A stretch of DNA of 64,000 nucleotides from Spirochaetia bacterium (GTDB lineage Bacteria > Spirochaetota > Spirochaetia > DSM-2461). Both the position numbers and the translations under genes were made by a program. The stretch spans positions 5,216,001 through 5,280,000 of the forward strand of contig OY764216.1 in assembly GCA_963668315.1 (NCBI GenBank), given 5' to 3'. The notes below the pieces were generated by a model, which saw only the letters and a list, made by a program, of their open reading frames with translations, was not told where the DNA came from and did no database searches. Positions 48,474-58,272 of this stretch are shown here, one piece after another. Position 1 is the first letter of the stretch. Every line of letters starts with the position of its first letter.

Positions 48474-48531
48474 AGTAAGTGAGCGCTCACTCACTTACTT
48501 TTCAGAATAGCACAGAAAAGGGGAATGTCAA
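48474..48531 (-). promoter_or_regulatory. Promoter and palindromic TetR-type operator of the aminotransferase operon
   Basis: Minus-strand TTGACA (48531-48526)-N16-TATTCT with TG extension; AGTAAGTGAG-N6-CTCACTTACT at 48474-48499. Confidence 0.8.
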
Positions 48532-48533
48532 GT

Positions 48534-49184
48534 TTAATCCCTTGGTCTCAAAGCATTTTCTATAAAAGCGAGCAGTCCTTTGACGATTCTTTCATCATCG
48601 TCGAAAATTGTTTCGGAAATGTAAATTTTCATACGGTCCCGGTAGTACTCCGAAGCATAGGAGAACTGAAGGGTCATGAACAGACTGTCCAGACAGAAGG
48701 CGGCCACTCCCGTATCGACGGAGGAACTTATCACCCCCTCCTTCTGCGCCTGGTCAAGAAGGCCCCTGTAGTACCGGGCCGAAAGGGATTCCACCTGATA
48801 GGAGAGACGGGAGGCCAGCTCGTTGTTCGCTTCGGTGGTTATCTCATTATAAAGATTGACCAGCTGACCGTATCGGCGGGAGTGCTCCTGGATAAACCGC
48901 AGGAGCCTCTCTATTTTAACGAAGAAATCCCCCCCCGAAGCTTCCAGAGATTCAAAGCTTTCGGAGATTTGCTCTACGGCCTGGGAACAGACGGAAAGGA
49001 ACAAATTCTCCTTGGTGCCGAAATATTTGTAAAGGGCGCCCACGCTGACACCGCATTTATCGGCGATGATGTTGATATTGGCAGATTTGAAGCCGAGTCG
49101 GGAAAACTCATCGGTAGCCCCGTGGAGAATCCGCTGCTGCTTCTCCTCCGGGAGCCGGTCAAAAAGTTCGGTATGATAGGTCAT
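48534..49184 (-). CDS. TetR/AcrR-family regulator
   Basis: IADKCGVSVGALYKYFGTKENLF. Confidence 0.95.
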   Translation of the reverse strand: MTYHTELFDRLPEEKQQRILHGATDEFSRLGFKSANINIIADKCGVSVGALYKYFGTKENLFLSVCSQAVEQISESFESLEASGGDFFVKIERLLRFIQEHSRRYGQLVNLYNEITTEANNELASRLSYQVESLSARYYRGLLDQAQKEGVISSSVDTGVAAFCLDSLFMTLQFSYASEYYRDRMKIYISETIFDDDERIVKGLLAFIENALRPRD

Positions 49185-49277
49185 TGCCCCATTCTATCAC
49201 GGGATAAGGAAAGAATACAGCGCCGTAGAACCGGCGCTGCATGGGAAACAGATCCCCCGGAGAACCGGGGGAGTGAA

Positions 49278-51143
49278 TTATTCGCTCAGAGCAAGCCGTG
49301 CGGCCATGCGCCCCGAACCGAAGGCAAAGCCCAGGGTGATTCCTTCCACCGTGGGATAGGTATTATTGTAAAGCTCCGCCACATCGTTTCCGCTGACATA
49401 GAGTCCGGGAATGATCGTGCCCTTTTCAGAAAGGACATGCAGGCTGCTGTCCACGGCTATTCCTCCGATCTGTCCCAGAGAGACGGGAATGGTAAGAACC
49501 GCATAGAAGGGACCTTCCGTCTGTTCGATCATGTAGCGGGCCTCTTTGCCGTACATGGGATCGACTCCTTCCCGGGCAAAGCCGTTGTACTGGTCGAAAG
49601 TCTTCTTCAGAACCGAGGGATCGACGTCGATCTTTCCGGCCAGTTCTTCCAGGGTCTCCCCTTTGACAACGGTGCCTTCGGCCGTGCCCTTCTCCAGGGA
49701 AGCGGTCAGGCCGGTCCAGGGTTCGGATACGGGGTACAGGGGAATTCCCACCTGATAATTGACATCGGGAATATCTCCGTAGGTTTTCACCGGGCCGTTC
49801 TGCTCCAGATCCTTTATCACGTTGGCAGACATGACAGCGTAATAGGATTCTCCCTGGGCATAGGCGGCATTGGATGTCAGAGCCGTATCAAAAACGATGT
49901 CCTCTTCGACGAAGCGGAACCCGTTATGGTTAATGAAAACCGATGCGGGGAAATAGGCAAGATAGGTCAGGGGCTCTCTCTCGGGAACATTGGGAACATA
50001 ACCGGGAACGGTAACTCCGTGAAGCTCGCTTATGGCATTGCCCTCGCCCGCTCCGATAGCCCGGGTCATGGTAATGGCGTCGCCGGTCTGGGTTCCGGTG
50101 GTAATATTCATCAGATCAAAACCGTTGAATTCCCTGACAAGCTCCTTATTGGCTCCGGCTCCTCCGGTGGCAAGAATAACGGCGCGGCTCTTTATCTGAA
50201 GTATGGTGCCGTCACCCTGCTTTGCTTCCACACCGCAGATTTTCTCACCCTCTTTGTTCAGTTTGGTAGCCGTCGTATCGTAATAGATTTCACCGCCCCT
50301 CTCCTCAACGATCTTAAGGGCATTCTGGAAGTATTCCAGTTTTTTCGCCTGATCGGCATAGGCATGGTAAACGGGATATCCTTCGCTGTGGGCGGCCTGT
50401 TCAAAACCGACATAGGTAAAATCAAAGCCATTGGCCTCCAGCCAGTCCGCCGTATCTCCGGAATTTTCAAAAACGGAGTAAAACAGATTGCCGTCGGAAA
50501 GGTAGGCATTGTACTCCTGCCAGGTTCTCAGCACGTCCTGTATGGAAAAATCCGGGGTATATCCGGCGTTTTTCATCTCCGCGGAGTTCAGGGCGAAAAT
50601 ACCGCCGGCCAGCTTTGAGGCGCCGCCGGGGACAGGGGCCTTTTCCAGCACGATGACAGAGGCGCCCTCTTCCGTGGCTTCCAGGGCGGCGGCGGTTCCC
50701 GCCGCACCGGTTCCTATGATAACGACATCCGCCGAGAGTTGCTTCACCTCACCGGATTCGGTCTTTTCAGCAGCGACCATCAGGGCATCCATATCGACTC
50801 CGCTTTTGCTGAGAGCATCCTTGACGGCCGCGATAATGCCGTCGGAAGCAAGAGTAGCTCCGGTTATGGAATCCACGGACAAGCTCTGCTGCTCAATTAT
50901 CCTGCCGGGAATTTCCTTCATGGCGGTTCCCGCGATGGCCGGAGTTTCCGACTCTTCCACTACTTCGATTTTCTTGATACTGTCACTGGAAACGGTTACT
51001 TCCACGACAATATCGCCGTTTCTGCCTGAGCCGGTTCCCTGATAAGTGCCCGGGGTAAAGGACAGGTTGCTTCCCTTTCCTCCGCAGGAGAACAGCACCA
51101 GCGCCATCAGCAGGGCGCCTAAGACGGTTAACGCTTTTTTCAT
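49278..51143 (-). CDS. Lipoprotein flavin reductase: FMN-binding domain + FAD-binding (flavocytochrome c/fumarate reductase-like) domain
   Basis: Lipobox LFSC; GTYQGTGSGRNG; flavinylation motif VDSITGAT; IGTGAAG; LATGG; IPGLYVSGN; AFGSGR. Confidence 0.9.
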   Translation of the reverse strand: MKKALTVLGALLMALVLFSCGGKGSNLSFTPGTYQGTGSGRNGDIVVEVTVSSDSIKKIEVVEESETPAIAGTAMKEIPGRIIEQQSLSVDSITGATLASDGIIAAVKDALSKSGVDMDALMVAAEKTESGEVKQLSADVVIIGTGAAGTAAALEATEEGASVIVLEKAPVPGGASKLAGGIFALNSAEMKNAGYTPDFSIQDVLRTWQEYNAYLSDGNLFYSVFENSGDTADWLEANGFDFTYVGFEQAAHSEGYPVYHAYADQAKKLEYFQNALKIVEERGGEIYYDTTATKLNKEGEKICGVEAKQGDGTILQIKSRAVILATGGAGANKELVREFNGFDLMNITTGTQTGDAITMTRAIGAGEGNAISELHGVTVPGYVPNVPEREPLTYLAYFPASVFINHNGFRFVEEDIVFDTALTSNAAYAQGESYYAVMSANVIKDLEQNGPVKTYGDIPDVNYQVGIPLYPVSEPWTGLTASLEKGTAEGTVVKGETLEELAGKIDVDPSVLKKTFDQYNGFAREGVDPMYGKEARYMIEQTEGPFYAVLTIPVSLGQIGGIAVDSSLHVLSEKGTIIPGLYVSGNDVAELYNNTYPTVEGITLGFAFGSGRMAARLALSE

Positions 51144-51238
51144 AATTCCTCCAAATTTGAATCAGCTTTAATTGGATAAATAATAATCGATATAAATATA
51201 CCGGACATCGTCTAAAAAGCTCAGAATCGCTATCGTCC

Positions 51239-51259
51239 CCTTGTCTTTTTCAGACAAGG
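51239..51259. promoter_or_regulatory. Inverted repeat, candidate PucR-family operator
   Basis: CCTTGTCT-N5-AGACAAGG in the divergent intergenic region. Confidence 0.6.
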
Positions 51260-51287
51260 AGGCTACTCTTTTCCGAGGAGAAAAAAC

Positions 51288-52454
51288 ATGAACTGGCTGG
51301 ACATTCTCTACGGGGAGAAAAATCTTCAGGACCTTTTAAAAAAACTGGAAGAGGAGTCTTTTTCGGGGATATGGATCATGGACAATGCCTTTAATCTGAT
51401 GGCGGCGTCCCCCAGGGCAGAGGAAATATACAGAAAAATCAGCGATAACGAGAACTTTTTCCGCCTGATCGGCTCCCTGAATCCCCGCAGTATCGAGCAG
51501 CAGCTCCAGAACAGGCAAAGTCTGCGCCACTACTCGGAAGCTCTGGATCAGCACTGCCTGATCGGAGACTGTTCGGTAGACGGGCAGAAAGTCGCCAAGG
51601 TGACCTGCTTTATCAACGAACACAGCCGTATCGAACCGGCCGATTTTGAGGATTATCTGAAAGTCATCAGCATAGCCCTGCAGATGGACAGAAGGGACTT
51701 CAATACCGGAGAGGCTCAAAGTCATTTTTTCAATACCCTTCTGAACAATCCCTCACCGGAAAAAAGTTTTATCCAGCGGAACCGGCGGCTCCATCATATA
51801 ACCCTTCTCCCCCCCTACCAGCTCATCATGGTAAAAGGGGAAGATGAAAACGGGGAGGAACCGGAAAAAATCCAGCCCTACTATCAGAAAATACTGGAAC
51901 GAATCTTCAAAAGCGGCCTCTTCGACACGGCCGGTTCCGGTGCCGTCTGCCTGGTTGAGCAGAAACAGTTCAGGAAAAACAGAGACGTTCTCATCCAGTC
52001 CTGCCGGCAGAACCGCCTGAAACTCCTGACGGGCTTTCCCTTCCTGGATATGGGGGAGAGTTACTACCAGTTCCATCATCTCCTCCGTTTCTCACGCACT
52101 ATCGATTCGGAGGAAAGTGTCATACCCCTGGAAAATTTCATAAGCAGGGAACTCTACAGGATTCTCCGCAGTCAGATAGATGTAAAAAGCCTGATCCACC
52201 ACAAAGTACGGTCACTTCTGGAGTATGACGAAAAAAACCAGACCGAATATTTCAGGACGGCCTGGATGCTGTTCTGCCGCCCGTTCAGCCAGAAAGAGAC
52301 GGCGGACAGGTTGAATATTCATATCAACACCCTGAAATACAGAATTAAGCAGCTCGAGGAAGTTTTCGCCCTGAATACGGCCGACGGGGAGAACGGCGAC
52401 TGGCTGTATCTCTCCTTCTCTCTTGCCCGGCAGACGGTAAATACCGACGGGTAG
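51288..52454 (+). CDS. PucR/CdaR-family transcriptional regulator
   Basis: C-terminal LLEYDEKNQTEYFRT...TADRLNIHINTLKYRIKQLEE. Confidence 0.88.
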   Translation: MNWLDILYGEKNLQDLLKKLEEESFSGIWIMDNAFNLMAASPRAEEIYRKISDNENFFRLIGSLNPRSIEQQLQNRQSLRHYSEALDQHCLIGDCSVDGQKVAKVTCFINEHSRIEPADFEDYLKVISIALQMDRRDFNTGEAQSHFFNTLLNNPSPEKSFIQRNRRLHHITLLPPYQLIMVKGEDENGEEPEKIQPYYQKILERIFKSGLFDTAGSGAVCLVEQKQFRKNRDVLIQSCRQNRLKLLTGFPFLDMGESYYQFHHLLRFSRTIDSEESVIPLENFISRELYRILRSQIDVKSLIHHKVRSLLEYDEKNQTEYFRTAWMLFCRPFSQKETADRLNIHINTLKYRIKQLEEVFALNTADGENGDWLYLSFSLARQTVNTDG

Positions 52455-52471
52455 ACGTTCAGTCCCTTGGC

Positions 52472-54718
52472 CTATCCAGGAATGGCGCCCGGTTTCCCCA
52501 CGAAGTATCCCTGGGCGAAATCTATCCCCAGAGATCTGATCCTCTCCATGATGTCGGAAGTTTCGATGTATTCGGCAATGGTCTGAAACCCCGATTCCAC
52601 GGCAAAAAGAATAATGGAAACGACCAGGGACTGGCTTTTCTCATCGGTGAGTATATTCCTTATGAGACTGCCGTCGATCTTAATATAGTCAACATTCAGT
52701 CTGAGCAGATAATTGAAATTGGAAAAGCCCGACCCGAAGTCATCTATGGCGATCCGGAATCCCTTCTCCTTGAGCTTCCTGAAAATGATCTCCAGATTCT
52801 CGTAATCCGCCAGCTCCTCCGTCTCCACGATCTCGAGGATGATCCGCTCCGACACGCCTCTCCGGGAAGCCTCCTCCACCAGATAGCTCACCGTATCGCT
52901 GTCCAGAAAATCCTCCAGAGTGAAGTTGATGGAGAAATCCAGCCCGCATCTCCCGCTGGCCTCCATCATCTCATCAATGACAAAACGGGTAATCTGCTTG
53001 TAAAGCCGGCCTTTCTTGGCCACCTCGATCAGTTCGGAAGGGTTGATGGACATGCCCTGCTCATCAAGAATACGGAGAAGGCACTCGTATTTGACAACCT
53101 CCCCCGTCCGGGTATTTGCTATGGGCTGGAAAACCAGGGAGAGCCTGTTGTTTTCCAGGGCCGATTTCACCATATTCAGCTGCTCAATCTGCTTTAGCCC
53201 CGTGGCTTCCTTCTCATCGTCCCCCGCCCGGATAACCATATAGCCCCGGGTATCGGATTTCGCCCCCTTCATCGCCGAGTCGGCCAGCAGGAGGGTATTC
53301 TGCGGACAGGTGGAAATTCCCATCCTGAGGGAAACGGTATAGGGGGAGGCTCCCTTGTCAAAGCTCAGGGGATTGAGCCGTTCCTGCCTCCCGATATTCC
53401 GGTTGACGAATTCCTCTTCTTCGTCATTGAATCCCCGGATTACGAACGTATCGCCGTTCAGGCGGTAAAGGGATTCCCGGAGGGGCAGAAGCAGTTCGTT
53501 CAGGTTCTTCCCCACCTCCAGAAGCAGATTATCCCCCGAGGTAAATCCGAAGAGCTTATTAATATTGGAAAAGCCGTCAATATTGAAACAGGCGATATAG
53601 GAACGGGGAAATTTCTCCAGATCCTCCAGCAGCTGCAGACGGTTTCCAAAACCGGTGAGGGGATCGGTATGAACAGCCTTTTCCAGTCTTTTCTTATGGG
53701 TATGGAGTTCGGACACATCCTGGGCCACCGCCAGATATCCGTTTATTTCGTTCTTCTCATCCCACAGCTCGCTGATGAAGGCCTGCAGCCAATAGGCCTC
53801 GCCTTGCGGGGTAATCGCCTTAATCTGCCCCCTCCACCGGTGGGTGCTGTACAGGGATTTCCTCATCTCCTCTCTCTGTTTCTGAAGGGAGTCGGGATGG
53901 TGGATGTAGAAGTGGTTTTTTCCTATCAGCTCCTCTTCGGTATAGCCGCTTATCTTTTCATAGTTCTCATTGACCTTGGTGATGATCCCGTCCCTGTCCG
54001 TCACCATGAGGCAGAGGGAATCGTTGAGGGCCCTGTAGTAATGGTTCATCTCATGGGAGCTCCCCTTCTCTTTGCTGATAAAATAACTGACCGAAAGGGA
54101 AAAGAGGAGGAGAATCCCGAAAATGGCGAAGAAGAAGGCCCCGGCCTTGCGCTCCTGATAGGTCCTGACGATATCGCCGTATCCTTCGCCTAGGGAACTG
54201 ATTTTCCCCGTAATGATTTCTGTTCTGGAAAAGTCTACGGGCAAGGCCAGAATCCAGTTCCACGGTTCGAAATACCGGAAACAAAACTCACCGCCGTTCC
54301 AATCCGTAATAAGGGTCTCCCCGGCTTTCACCTGAGAAGGGAGTACGGGCACTTCGGGAAGATTCCTATCCGTCCAGAGACGTCCCTCTCCGTCGATAAT
54401 GACAAAGGGGGCCTCTCCTTTCATGGCTGTACGGAGAAAATATTCCTGCCTCTCCTCTTCGGAAAGGGCCGAGAAGAGGGTGTTATCCGACAGGTTCTCC
54501 AGAAAATCGATCCAGATTTTCCCGTTCATCCGGGCATACTCCCTCTGTTCCTCACGGTAAATTTCCAGCCCGGCCTCTTTCCCCTTTTCCGTGAACAGCA
54601 CGGCTGTTTCATCAAGCATCCTCCGTGACGCCACGGGAAAGATAATGAAAAGAAGAATACTGAGTGCAAGTGAGACAGCTACGGAAAAAAGTATATTTCG
54701 TTTAGGCAGAAACATCAT
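52472..54718 (-). CDS. Membrane PAS-GGDEF(degenerate)-EAL protein, probable c-di-GMP phosphodiesterase
   Basis: Two TMs, PAS, DPLTG, NGDTF in place of GGDEF, ECLLR, DDFGSGFS, IKIDG, QGY. Confidence 0.88.
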   Translation of the reverse strand: MMFLPKRNILFSVAVSLALSILLFIIFPVASRRMLDETAVLFTEKGKEAGLEIYREEQREYARMNGKIWIDFLENLSDNTLFSALSEEERQEYFLRTAMKGEAPFVIIDGEGRLWTDRNLPEVPVLPSQVKAGETLITDWNGGEFCFRYFEPWNWILALPVDFSRTEIITGKISSLGEGYGDIVRTYQERKAGAFFFAIFGILLLFSLSVSYFISKEKGSSHEMNHYYRALNDSLCLMVTDRDGIITKVNENYEKISGYTEEELIGKNHFYIHHPDSLQKQREEMRKSLYSTHRWRGQIKAITPQGEAYWLQAFISELWDEKNEINGYLAVAQDVSELHTHKKRLEKAVHTDPLTGFGNRLQLLEDLEKFPRSYIACFNIDGFSNINKLFGFTSGDNLLLEVGKNLNELLLPLRESLYRLNGDTFVIRGFNDEEEEFVNRNIGRQERLNPLSFDKGASPYTVSLRMGISTCPQNTLLLADSAMKGAKSDTRGYMVIRAGDDEKEATGLKQIEQLNMVKSALENNRLSLVFQPIANTRTGEVVKYECLLRILDEQGMSINPSELIEVAKKGRLYKQITRFVIDEMMEASGRCGLDFSINFTLEDFLDSDTVSYLVEEASRRGVSERIILEIVETEELADYENLEIIFRKLKEKGFRIAIDDFGSGFSNFNYLLRLNVDYIKIDGSLIRNILTDEKSQSLVVSIILFAVESGFQTIAEYIETSDIMERIRSLGIDFAQGYFVGKPGAIPG

Positions 54719-54858
54719 GCGATTAATCGATCCTCAGTTTTATTATAGAACAGGGCAGGCAAAGAAGCCAGTTCATTTTATTTTCCTTTCGATCAATTAC
54801 TTCCTTGACAAGAGGGAGAAGGAGGACCGATACTGTTCCTCATCTGCAGGGTAGGAAA

Positions 54859-55863
54859 ATGGCCACAATCAAAGACATAGCAAAAAGAGCCGGCGTCGCC
54901 GTCAGTACGGTCTCCTATGCCATAAGCGGGAACCGGCCCATCTCTGAGGAGGTCAAGAAAAGGATCCGCCAGGCCATGGCCGAGCTTGACTACCAGCCCA
55001 ACCCCATGGCCCGCGCCCTGGCCGGCAAGGGAACCCGTATCCTGGGGCTGATACTGGACCCTCTGGACAGAAGCCTGGGCATTACCGAAATCGACCTCCT
55101 TTCCCGGGCGGCCGAGGCAGCCCGGTCCATGAACTACCATCTGACGCTTCTGACCGATGACTCCCGGAACCTGAGCGTTCTCGAAGAGATCATCGCCGAT
55201 AAGCTTTTCGACGGCTTTATCCTGATGGAGATCCACAAGGAGGATGAACGGGTCCGCTTTCTTTCAGAGAAAGGGCTTCCCTTCGTCATTATCGGTCGGG
55301 ACGATAGGACCCAGGACTTCCGGTCCATCGATATAGATTTCCAAAAGACCGCAGAGCAGGTTCTCGCCCATGTGAAGGAGAAGGGTCACAGGGAAGCGGG
55401 CTTCATCAACCAGAGTCTCAATGCGTTCAACAGGGGGTACGGTCCCGCCGTGGCCATGAAGGCATCCCTCGAAGATACGGCCCGCAGGCTGGGCATAAAG
55501 CTTGATACCCGGTTCTGCCTTCCCTCCCGGGAAGAGGGGGAGAATGTCGCGGTCACCCTTCTTAGAGACAACCCCGCCCTTTCCGTCCTTCTTGTCATGA
55601 ACGACCAGGCCCTTCCGGGAATTCTCAAGGGAATATCAGCCCTTGGCCTCTCCGTTCCGAAGGACCTCTCCCTTATATCCCTTCTGAGCTCCTCCAAGCT
55701 GGCCGAAATGTTTCACCCCTCCCTGACCCACATGGAAATCCCCAGCCGGGAACTGGGATGGCACGGAGTCTGCCGTCTCGTGGAAATACTGGAGGGACGG
55801 CAGGAAAACCGCGGCATGATCCTCATACCCGGCACTCTTCACATCGGGGAAAGCACAATCTGA
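54859..55863 (+). CDS. LacI-family regulator
   Basis: MATIKDIAKRAGVAVSTVS, YQPNPMARAL, VPKDLS. Confidence 0.95.
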   Translation: MATIKDIAKRAGVAVSTVSYAISGNRPISEEVKKRIRQAMAELDYQPNPMARALAGKGTRILGLILDPLDRSLGITEIDLLSRAAEAARSMNYHLTLLTDDSRNLSVLEEIIADKLFDGFILMEIHKEDERVRFLSEKGLPFVIIGRDDRTQDFRSIDIDFQKTAEQVLAHVKEKGHREAGFINQSLNAFNRGYGPAVAMKASLEDTARRLGIKLDTRFCLPSREEGENVAVTLLRDNPALSVLLVMNDQALPGILKGISALGLSVPKDLSLISLLSSSKLAEMFHPSLTHMEIPSRELGWHGVCRLVEILEGRQENRGMILIPGTLHIGESTI

Positions 55864-55874
55864 GGATTTTCACA

Positions 55875-55919
55875 TTGACAAAGGTCGATGGCGGCTGTAT
55901 TCTTGTCGAAACGTTTCGA
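55875..55919 (+). promoter_or_regulatory. Promoter and LacI-type operator of yicI
   Basis: TTGACA (55875)-N17-TATTCT; perfect palindrome TCGAAACGTTTCGA at 55906-55919. Confidence 0.85.
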
Positions 55920-55955
55920 TAGAGATTATATTCCACCTTAATTAAAGGAGTGTCC

Positions 55956-58271
55956 ATGAAATTCACCAATGGCCAATGGCTTCTTAAAGACGAGTTCACC
56001 CAGCTGAATCCGGTTACCCTGTTCGACCGGGAATTCGACGGTAAAACCCTGACCCTCTACCTGTCCACAAGACCGATCAATTCCCGGTCCAATATGATAG
56101 ACCAGGGATCTCTCACTTTCGAGTTTTCCTCCCCGGGAAAGGGAATCATGGGGGTCCGGGTCTTCCATTATGCCGGAGTGAAGGACAGCGGGGTTCATTT
56201 TGAACTGGAAAGGAAAGACAATGTTCCCCTCACCCTCGAGGAGGAGGGCCCTCTCCTGATTCTCAGCTCGGGGGAGATGTCCGTTCGCATAGATACGGAA
56301 GATTTCGGCTTCGCCTTCTACCGGGGAGAGAAAATGCTTACCGGCAGCAAGGGAAACGCCACGGGATGGCTTCTGAAGGATACGGGTGAAACCTATATGA
56401 AGCAGCAGCTCAGTCTGTCCGTGGGGGAATACCTCTACGGCCTGGGAGAGCGGTTCACTCCCTTTGTCAAAAACGGCCAGACCGTTGAGATGTGGAACGA
56501 GGACGGGGGAACCTCCTCGGAAATTTCCTACAAGAACATTCCCTTTTATCTCTCCAGCCGGGGCTATGCCGTTCTGGTCAACGATCCGGGGAAAATATCC
56601 TTTGAAGCGGGAAGCGAGAATGTACAGAAAATGCAGTTTTCCCTTCCCGGGGAATCGATGGAGTTTTTTCTCTTCTCCGGAGACGATCCCAAGGAGATAC
56701 TGGAGAGCTATACCGGTCTTGCCGGACGTCCTCCCCTGCCCCCTCTCTGGTCCTTCGGCCTGTGGCTGTCCACCTCCTTCACCACCAGTTATGACGAAGA
56801 GACGGTCATGGGTTTCATAGACGGCATGGCCGAAAGGAATATTCCCCTGGAAGTGTTCCATTTCGACTGTTTCTGGATGAAAGGTTTCCAGTGGACCGAC
56901 TTCACCTGGGATGGCGATACCTTTCCCGACCCGGAAGGACTGCTCAAACGGCTCAAGGCCAAGGGTTTAAAAGTCTGCCTGTGGATCAATCCCTACATCG
57001 CCCAGAAATCTCCCCTGTTCAAGGAAGGAGCCGCCAAGGGCTACCTCCTCAAGAGGGAAAACGGAGATATCTGGCAGTGGGACCGGTGGCAGGCCGGGAT
57101 GGGGATCGTGGACTTCACCAATCCCGAGGCGGCCTCCTGGTATGCGGGCTATCTGGGCGATCTGGCGGACATGGGGGTGGATACCTTTAAGACCGACTTC
57201 GGCGAGAGGATCCCCACCGACGTGGTTTACCATAACGGCGCCGATCCGGAAAAAATGCACAATTTCTATACCTATCTGTACAACAAAACCGTATTCGACC
57301 TTCTCAAGGAGAAACGGGGAGCCGGCGAAGCGCTGGTATTCGCCCGTTCCGCCACGGTGGGAGGACAGAAATTTCCCGTCCACTGGGGCGGCGACTGCTG
57401 GGCGACCTACCCCTCCATGGCGGAAAGCCTCAGGGGCGGGCTCTCCCTGGGAATGTGCGGCTTCGGCTACTGGAGCCACGACATGGGCGGATTCGAACAG
57501 ACCGCCGCACCGGACTTGTACAAGAGATGGTGCGCCTTCGGCATGCTCTCCTCCCACAGCCGCCTTCACGGCAGCACATCCGTACGGGTGCCCTGGTCCT
57601 TCGACGACGAGGCCACCGATGTTCTGAGGCACTTCACAGAGCTCAAGAACAGCCTGGCCCCCTACCTTTATGCCGCGGCGGGAGAGGCCAATCAGAGGGG
57701 TATCCCCATGATGAGATCCATGGTCCTGGAATTTCCCGAAGATCCGGCCTGTCTCCCTCTGGACCGGCAGTATATGCTGGGCGATTCCCTTCTGGTGGCG
57801 CCCATCTTCAATGAAGAGGGACGGGGATACTACTATCTGCCCGCGGGAGACTGGACCCATTACTTCACCGGTGAGGTCAAATCGGGGCCCGGTTTCTTTG
57901 AAGGAGATTACAGCTACTTCGACCTTCCCCTCTTTGTAAGACCGAACAGCCTGATCTGCCGGAGCGACGACAGAGAGCATATCTCCTATGGCGACGGGTC
58001 GGGCCTGACACTGGCCCTTTATGAACTGGAAGAGGGGAAGACGGCCTCATGCGAAGTACCCTCTCCCGAAGGCGGTTCGCTCCTTAAAGTGGCGATCGTC
58101 CGGAAAGAGGGAAAGCTCTCCATCTCGACCGAAGGGAAATCCATCCCCTGGAAACTTCTTCTCTGCGGCAAAGCCGACGCGAAGAGCCCCTACCCCTCGG
58201 AAAAAACCGGTGAGGGAACCCTCATCGCCGTACCGGGGGACAAGGCCGGCTGGGAAGTAACCCTGAAATAG
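55956..58271 (+). CDS. yicI: GH31 alpha-xylosidase
   Basis: MKFTNGQW, YGLGERF, WLSTSF, HFDCFWMK, FKTDFGERIP, WSHDMGGF, HSRLHGS. Confidence 0.92.
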   Translation: MKFTNGQWLLKDEFTQLNPVTLFDREFDGKTLTLYLSTRPINSRSNMIDQGSLTFEFSSPGKGIMGVRVFHYAGVKDSGVHFELERKDNVPLTLEEEGPLLILSSGEMSVRIDTEDFGFAFYRGEKMLTGSKGNATGWLLKDTGETYMKQQLSLSVGEYLYGLGERFTPFVKNGQTVEMWNEDGGTSSEISYKNIPFYLSSRGYAVLVNDPGKISFEAGSENVQKMQFSLPGESMEFFLFSGDDPKEILESYTGLAGRPPLPPLWSFGLWLSTSFTTSYDEETVMGFIDGMAERNIPLEVFHFDCFWMKGFQWTDFTWDGDTFPDPEGLLKRLKAKGLKVCLWINPYIAQKSPLFKEGAAKGYLLKRENGDIWQWDRWQAGMGIVDFTNPEAASWYAGYLGDLADMGVDTFKTDFGERIPTDVVYHNGADPEKMHNFYTYLYNKTVFDLLKEKRGAGEALVFARSATVGGQKFPVHWGGDCWATYPSMAESLRGGLSLGMCGFGYWSHDMGGFEQTAAPDLYKRWCAFGMLSSHSRLHGSTSVRVPWSFDDEATDVLRHFTELKNSLAPYLYAAAGEANQRGIPMMRSMVLEFPEDPACLPLDRQYMLGDSLLVAPIFNEEGRGYYYLPAGDWTHYFTGEVKSGPGFFEGDYSYFDLPLFVRPNSLICRSDDREHISYGDGSGLTLALYELEEGKTASCEVPSPEGGSLLKVAIVRKEGKLSISTEGKSIPWKLLLCGKADAKSPYPSEKTGEGTLIAVPGDKAGWEVTLK

Positions 58272-58272
58272 A

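Noticed and set aside
52472..54718. Active diguanylate cyclase
   Set aside because: The GGDEF motif reads NGDTF, while the EAL-domain motifs are largely intact.
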